Below, piece by piece: positions 57,104 to 64,000 of a stretch of DNA of 64,000 nt. A program made the position numbers and the translations under genes. Position 1 is the stretch's first letter. Every line of letters begins with the position of its first letter. Below the pieces are notes generated by a model, which had not been told where the DNA came from, did not search any database, and saw only the letters and a program-made list of their open reading frames with translations. Origin of the DNA: Lama glama (Eukaryota); assembly GCA_028534125.1 (NCBI GenBank), contig CM052825.1, positions 930,001 to 994,000 on the forward strand, read 5' to 3'.

Positions 57104-58278
57104 GGGTCCTGCCTGGACTGTCCTGTCATCCCTATTTCCTCACAAGACTAAGAGTCAGATGGCACAAGGGCTGATCCTTCGGTCTCTGGTACTACCAGCA
57201 ACACGGGGGGGTCACTGCGTCTGGAGGGATAGGGGAGCCCCTGTCACAGGCCTGGGCGCCTGGAGGCTGACCTCTGTGGTGCCCATGATGTCCTGAAGCC
57301 AAGCCATGCCCCGTGCCTCTGCCCACCCTTGGGAGCATTTCCAAAAGGCAACCCCAGCCTGACTTGAAACCCTTCACCAGCTCCACGCCAAGCTCAGATC
57401 AAGTCCCAAGGTCTCAACTCAGCAGTGACCTCGCCATGTCCCCCACCCCCAGGCTTCATGTCAAACCAGCCCCCAACACCCTGCGGGCTGACCTTCGCAA
57501 CCCTGGCCCCCACCGTGCTTCTCCTGGCTTTGCTGAAACACCCTTTTCCCTGTTAGGACTCCCCTCCTCCCGAGCCTTCCCTGGGCAGTGAGGCGCCGCC
57601 AACTCTGCCCCACCGAGCCCTCTCCTGGCTGACCCGCCTGTGGGGTGATGTGTGGCTGCCCCCAGCTTTCGGGGATGGGGCTCCGAAGGCTAGGGTGTGT
57701 GCCCTGCTTCAGTGTACAGCACGACAGCAGGCAACCCTCGCGGAGAGGAAGCGCGCAGCCGCCCGGCCCCGAGCACGCCGAGCTGCCGCGGGAAGAGGAG
57801 CCGCGAGAGGGCGTGCACGCAGCCAGCTCCTGGGAGTGCTTCACCGTGTGAGCTTCAGACTGAGTTTTCGCCAGACAGGCTTTCCGCCCACCCGCGGGGC
57901 ACTAAGGTGAGCTTGCACTGCATGACCTTCCCAGCATTAAGACGGGCTGTGAAGGATTTGGGGATATGCACTTATTCTTAACAAAAAATTATTTTTCTCT
58001 AACAACTGATTTGCACATGGAAGGCCATGACTCATGGTCAATTCTCAAATACGGGCAACTGTTTGGACCCGCGGAGAACCGTTCACAACCTCCCCAGGAC
58101 ATGTCCACGGCCTCCTCCCTCCGAGGGTGACACGAGCAACCAAAGTCTGCATATTTCTTCCAGCTTCCAGGGGTAAAGCCCAAGAAGGCGCCTCCTTCTG
58201 ACTGAAGGAGGGTCCTCACATCCTCGAGAGAGGCGCTTCCTCTTGGCCCGGCCGGGCAGCATCCGTGGCCACTCCAGG

Positions 58279-58431
58279 TCACCACACCTGGCACGTCTGG
58301 ATCACCTCCTGCAAGGCCCTCACCCCCTCCACGCTCTTGTCCTTCACTGCCATGGCGAGGAGGACTGCTCTGTTTCCAGCTGCTTGAGACACGAACGCCA
58401 CCAGGTTCTTGGCGAAGACGTGGATGAGAGG
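58279..58431 (-). CDS. PSMG3: PSMG3 coding exon 2
   Basis: 153 nt ending in TGA. Confidence 0.95.
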   Translation of the reverse strand, partial: PLIHVFAKNLVAFVSQAAGNRAVLLAMAVKDKSVEGVRALQEVIQTCQVW

Positions 58432-59265
58432 CTGGTGAAGGGAAGGGGAGAAGACCGTTTTAACTGTGAGAAATCTGTTCTCTTCTCAATGCCTTCACTA
58501 AGGACCCCTCAGGAACCCAGACTGGCTTCCCACACCACCACTAAATTTCAGGGCCAGAGTGATTCAGAGTTAACGTGACTCTCCTAACACGCAGTCATAA
58601 ACACACTGCTAGAAGCATCATTAAATTTGTTTCCTTTGTGCTTGCTGGGTCCTCTCTCTACTCTGGAAGGACCCACGAATGAGTCTGCGGAGGGAAGCTC
58701 TGTCAAACAGCACAGATGATCTTTCTAGAACGGAGCACAGACAACCAGTCATTACCATAATGTATTGTGACAGGGTCAAACTGAGGGGAAGGCCTACATT
58801 ACAAAATCAATACCTCTGCTTGTCTGCTGACAAAACGTTAGTGGGGTGTGAGAACCATCCACCAAGGGCAGGCGGATGCCCTCAGACGCAGAGGCCTCAG
58901 AAAACCCTGTTGCAGGCTGGGGGCGGGGGGGGGGCTGGCTGCCTGCCTGCCTGCCTGCCTGCCAGCCTGCCAGATGCTCTACGGCCATACTGACAAATTA
59001 TAGTCACAGAAGCGCGTTTTCCGCCACAACAGGGAGCCCTACACTTTACCTCGTCCGGCCCGAGGAGGACTTTAGTGGTGAGCACAGGCTTGCTGATGTC
59101 ACTGGTCACGTTGCTGGGTTCCAGAGAGACCAGGGTCCCCATTTTCCCGAACTGGGTCACCACCACCAGGATGTGGCTGCTGAAGGCCGTGCAGACCACC
59201 TGGGTTGGTACCCCACACACCACTTCAGTCTTCTGTTTTGATACCACCAATGGTTTGCCTTCCAT
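58279..59265 (-). CDS. PSMG3: Proteasome assembly chaperone 3 (PAC3, 122 aa; exons 59265-59050 and 58431-58279)
   Basis: MEGKPLVVSKQKTEVVCGVPTQVVCTAFSSHILVVVTQFGKMGTLVSLEP...LLGPDE|PLIHVFAKNLVAFVSQAAGNRAVLLAMAVKDK...CQVW*; donor gag|gtaaag, acceptor ccag|. Confidence 0.97.
59050..59265 (-). CDS. PSMG3: PSMG3 coding exon 1
   Basis: gccATGG Kozak context; 216 nt; acceptor aacag| at 59274. Confidence 0.95.
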
Positions 59266-59393
59266 GGCTGGGTCTGTTCAATGGTAACTTTAGTTTATGT
59301 TTAAAAGAAGGGGGGGGAGTAAATCAGTCAATTTCAGATAGGCCTTGGAGCTCCAGAATATGTACCACTTGGGATTAAAACAGAGTAAGAAGT

Positions 59394-59479
59394 GGGGGAC
59401 GGATAGCTCAGTGGTAGAGCGCATGCTTAGCATGCATGAGGTCCTGGGTTCAATCCCCAGCACCTCCACTTTAAAAAAA
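59394..59479 (+). mobile_element. Young tRNA-Ala-derived SINE (Vic-1-like) in the PSMG3 5' intron
   Basis: GGGGGACGGATAGCTCAGTGGTAGAGCGCATGCTTAGCATGCATGAGGTCCTGGGTTCAATCCCCAGCACCTCCA plus A tail; A and B boxes intact. Confidence 0.85.
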
Positions 59480-59649
59480 GATGTAGGCGTATTTAAAAGC
59501 CTGTCTCTGTTCATCCATACAGGTTTCACTCGCCTGGAACTTTCTGGATTCGTTGACTAGACACACACGTATACACAGACAGGCCGGGCAGAGGCGGGAT
59601 GTCAAACACGCTTTTGTCCCTGGAGGTAGGTTGGGACTCTCCTCTCCCA

Positions 59650-60830
59650 CGCGCTCGGGGCCCTCGTCGTCTGCACCGCGGTGACCCCGCACCCTCCTGA
59701 GGGCTCCCAATGGAGCCGCGGGTGGGGAAGGAGGCGCCGCAGGTGCAGAAGCAGGACCCGGGCCGGTGGCCGCGCCCCCGCCGCCCCTCCGGTCCGCCCA
59801 CTGAGGTTTCATTTTCCTTGTCTGGGGAAACCACCGGTCCCGCAGGAGAAGCAGCACCCCCACCACGGCGCGGGGCAGAGGGCGGCTGGCGCTGGACGGG
59901 GCCCACGGGGACGCCCACCCTCCTGGCCCGGCTCCGACCACGCCGCCCGCCCACCCACCTACCTACCCACCCACCTACTCACCGTACCTCCCGCGCTCAC
60001 CGCCCCGCGCCGCGCCCGGAAGTGACGCGCCTGGGAGGGCGGCGCGGGCCAGCCCCCGACAGGCCCCGCCCCACCCTCGAGCGCCAGGCCTCTCATTCGC
60101 TCCGCTGCTTCCGCCGGAAGTACGGCCCTCAGGGCTTCCGGTCCCTCCGGGGCCCTCCGGGCGCTGAGCCGCGGCTGTCCGAGTTCCGGGGCAGCGTTCG
60201 GCTGGGCGCTGTGCCTCGGGGAAGGGGCGGCAGCCCCGACGCGCGGGCCTCGGCCCCTCGGCCCCAGACCTTCGGTAGAGGCCTCTGGCTTCCGCGGAAG
60301 GGGGCCCTCGGGCCTTCGTGGTGGGGACCCTCAGAAGTGGGGTCTCGCCCCCGGGCCGTGGGTTCCGGGACCCTCGGAAAAGGGAGCTGAGAGAGGAAAG
60401 CGGGCTCACGGCAGTTAAAGCGCTGAAGGCGGATGAGGCCGTCGGGGTGGAAGGGCTCGCCGCGAGCGCCGCGCCGGCCGTGGGGACGCAGCCCCGGAGC
60501 GGCGGGGGGCCGGGGGCGGGGCGGCCCTAAGAGGAGGCGTCAGGGGCGGGCGTTCCTGCCGAGCCCACCCGGCAGCAGTCGCGCTGAGCGCCGGCGGGGC
60601 TGGGCCCCGGGTTAGACTGCGAGGTTGCCCCGCACGGAGGATGGCGCTCCTTGCCAACATGAGCATGCGGACGCCGTACAGCCGTGCAGCGGCGGAGGCC
60701 TCGCTGAAGGGCCCAGGGAGGCCCGAGCGGAGTGGGGTCTAGGACGGAGTCCCGGCAGGCGCCCGCCGCCTGGCCGTGACAGGCCTTGGGGCCCCTGCCC
60801 TCGGAAGTCCGCCTGGGGTATCCTCCCGCG
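59650..60830. promoter_or_regulatory. PSMG3: PSMG3 CpG-island promoter (probably bidirectional)
   Basis: Dense CpG; CCGGAAGTGACG at 60016-27, inverted ETS pair cttccgccggaag near 60108-60120, GC boxes. Confidence 0.8.
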
Positions 60831-60839
60831 TCCGAGGGA

Positions 60840-61040
60840 ATGAGCAGCGCTAACATTGTTGGCACTGGGTGTGTGCCAGGCGCTGGTCTAAGTGCTTTAT
60901 ATGTAGTAACTCGTTTACTCTCAACAACCCCATTAGGTAGAGGCATTATTGTCCCCGTTTTACAGTCGGGATGTTCAGGTTCAGAGAACCCACCCCAGGT
61001 CACGAAGCTGGCAAGGGCTGGATCTGGGCTTCAGACCTTT
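60840..61040 (+). mobile_element. MIR SINE remnant
   Basis: gtgtgccaggcgctggtctaagtgctttatatg...ctcaacaaccccattaggtag..attattgtccccgttttacag. Confidence 0.7.
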
Positions 61041-64000
61041 GCCCTCAGTTACTGGTCCTGTGACCCGCATGCCCAGGTCAAGGGAAGGAGGAGGGACCAG
61101 TGCTGTCTGGTTCCTCCCAGGGATTCTGAGAGCCCCCCACTGCGTGTCTTCCCATTGTCCAAGCTGGAGGTTGTGTCGGCAGGCTGGGGGAGGCTGGTGT
61201 TATCTGAGCCTTGAGACGCTTCCTTAGGGAATTAACGCCCCTTCAAAGCCGCACAGTCAGAAGCCTTTCTGTCCAGTTTCCGGGCAGGCCTGTCAAGGCA
61301 CGTTTCCCCCCTCGCCTGGTCTGTCCCCATCACTTACCCCCCAGGAAGCTGAGGCATCTCTCGTATCCTTGCTGCCTCTGCTCACAGTTCTAATGACTCT
61401 TTGTAACCCAAGTCAAGTCAAACGAAGCGTGCTCCCTCCAGAATGATTTCTGGGGGCCTAAAAGAAGAGGCATGTGTACAAAACACGATCAAAACTGGCG
61501 TAAAAATCACGGGGAAACTTGTTTTCGAGCTTTCTTGCAGCCAGTTCACAGAGGGAAGGATTATGAGTTTCACGGCTCTCATACTCAAAAGGGGAGAAAC
61601 ATACCAATTTCTCAGGAGAGTCTAAGGTTTTGTTGGTTCTAAATTTAAACACACACCTACCCACCCACACCCCAAAAGCAAATTGACAATGTATTACCAC
61701 ATGAAACCTTTACAAGTTTCGTTTACTTGTATTCACCTTTCGTGCACTCTCTCTGTAGGCAAATAGACACAAGAAATCTGACCCTCCCCCAAAATCCCCT
61801 AACCCTGAAATATACTTGTCACCTTTATACAAGAGTAAAAGAGATGTTGGAGGACAAACTGGATGGTGTTTTGATGACACTGTGGCTGTCTTTTGATCTG
61901 GATCTCTGGTGAAGACTGAGCACAGGAAACAGGAGGTGGGAGGGTGAGGTGGCGGCAGTCCTGGGAGGGAGCTTCCTGGTGGCCCAGGGATATGTGGGCG
62001 GGAGTCACACACTTAGAACAGCGGGGCGAGAGCTCACTGCCTACCGCTGACTGTTCCCCAGGGCAAGGCGGTGCCTGAACTGGAAAGGAAGAGCCCCTAA
62101 GTGAATTCACTAACAGTGGGAATCAAATAGGAGTAACATCAATAGTGGGGCAGAGGAGTTTGAGAATTCATCCTGAAAAAAGGGCAGGGGGATATTTGCA
62201 TTTGTCTTGTCCTCAAGGAAATTTAGGTTATGAATGCAATTATAAGTTAATTTGTTGAACCAACAAAAGAGTAACCAAGTGTTGCTTCGGCGGGGTCATA
62301 GTTTTCCCAACAGACTGTACAATACCTCTACCCGTTGTCCACGTCATGTGTGGTTTCCTCAGCTCCGACAGGGAGGATCGGCTGCACAAAGGCCTGTGCA
62401 AGGACATGGTCCCTCTCCCCAAGAATGTCTCTCTGTCCTTTGATATTCAAACCACTTCTTGTCGAAGTACCGCCCTGCCTGTCGTTAGCCTCCTCACTTC
62501 CTGTCCCCAGTCGCCTTCCGGTTCTGGTACATCGGGAGGGACGTCTGAGCGAAGCCCAGCTGTACGAACAGTCACTTCGTTAGTGAAACTCTTTGTGTTA
62601 TGGCAGTGTCTGTTTAGCTCTGCAGGCTCCCGGGTGATCGGCATGCCACCCATCAGGACCTCCCAGGCATCACGGTCTGGAAGTGGCTAGGGCTCGGGGC
62701 CTCAGGATCAACCACGGCCATCCTCACTAACTTTGTGCCTTTGGGCAGTTCACCCTGTGGCCTCAGTTTCTCAGCCTGAAAATGGGGATGACAGCTGGGC
62801 TGCCTTGTAGGGCTGAGCGAGGTGGTCTGCGTGCAGCGATTCACTGGAACTTTCTGAATTTAGCCGTTGAACTTCGTTATTAACCCGCAGTTCTGTCGTC
62901 CTTCAGTAAATGAAATCCGCTGGTGGACACTGAACGCGCACCAGCCGTCGGGATTCACGCTGGCGGTTCTGGTTGTCTTTGCCCTTGGCCTGTGTGGCCT
63001 GACTGCCCTGGGCCTCACGGGAGGCTCTCTCCAAGTTGTCAGGAGGGGACTCCCAGGGTCTGCCTGAGTCCTGCAGTCTCAACGTCCCTCTGAGTTTTTG
63101 TGAGACGTGCTAATGTGTGGAAGCCTTTTTTTTTTTGCATGAACGATAAACACTCACTTTTCTTGGTGGGTCTTTTAAGAAGAGCTGGTAGCAGACAGTT
63201 GGAGATTCCATTTGTGATGCAGGCCTGAGACAGCTGTCAGATACAGGTATTTTATTACATTTAGATTATAGATATTTTGGAGTGAGTGAGGGAAGCTGTT
63301 TCGTTAGGATGTTTCCCAGTGTAGGTGACAGACAGCCACGTGAAACTGTCTTATGACCCCAAAGGGGTACGGACGGGCAGATCTGAAAGGACGCGGAGAC
63401 TCGCACGATTTCTTTCTGCACCTCCAAGATCTGCAGTCGCCTCGGCTCGGCCTTGGAGGGGCTCTCCCCGCGCTAAAATCACCAGCCTCTGCGCCTCCGC
63501 CCCTCTCCCTTCCCCACGTCCGCAGTGAAAGTCCCAGGGCTGAATCACCTGGGATCAGCCTGGGTCATGTGCCTGCCCCTCAACCAATTGCTGTTTGAAA
63601 GACACGTTAATGTTAAAACGACTTCCCGTGCATCTGAGAGCTTAAAAACCTCTAAATAGCATTTGTCCCGGAAGAAATCATAAGTGGAAATGACAAGCCA
63701 TTTAGAACTGCCCTCCCCCAGAGACCACTCACCTACTTTCTGTTTCTGTGGCTTTGCTGTTCTGGACGTTTCCTGTGGAGGGCCTCCGCCTCTGTGGCCC
63801 TGTGTCCGCCTTCTTTCCCTCAGCGGTCGAGGTCCTCTGTGTCCCAGCCTGTGTCAGGACTCCTCCGCTTCCTCGATTCTTGCTTCCTCGATAACCCGGA
63901 GGATTAAATGACATCACGTTTGCAAAAGGGCCTCGTTTAGGGCCTGACACACACAGGGCGTTTAGGAAAGTTCCCTTCCCTTCCCAAGTCGTCGGATTCC

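Noticed and set aside
59394-59470. tRNA-Ala(AGC) gene
   Set aside because: The acceptor stem is broken (GGACGGA versus CACCTCC), an A-rich tail follows, and several diverged copies occur in the window, so it is a SINE.

Overview
GC-rich mammalian genomic DNA, not prokaryotic, carrying the conserved block INTS1(-) <- MAFK(+) -> <- TMEM184A(-) <- PSMG3(-), syntenic with human 7p22.3. The short tRNA-Ala-derived SINEs resemble Vic-1, which suggests a camelid. I reconstructed exon chains from GT-AG sites and frame continuity. INTS1: the first 13 coding exons (8778 to 566, continuing off the left edge), one of them mostly hidden in an N-gap. MAFK: complete CDS, 156 aa. TMEM184A: complete CDS, 421 aa. 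PSMG3: complete CDS, 122 aa. The 18 kb between INTS1 and MAFK is mostly old repeats (MaLR, MER21, L1, Tigger/MER2, MER20) plus younger SINEs. I found no novel protein-coding system; the other ORFs look like GC-content artefacts. The best second-look items are regulatory: a GATA plus NF-kB module between MAFK and TMEM184A, a double RFX X-box with a splice donor (candidate alternative MAFK promoter), ARE and FOX-AP1 sites in MAFK intron 1, a possible MAFK/TMEM184A 3' overlap, and an unidentified insertion splitting a MER20. Ortholog and repeat-consensus comparisons are from memory and need to be verified.
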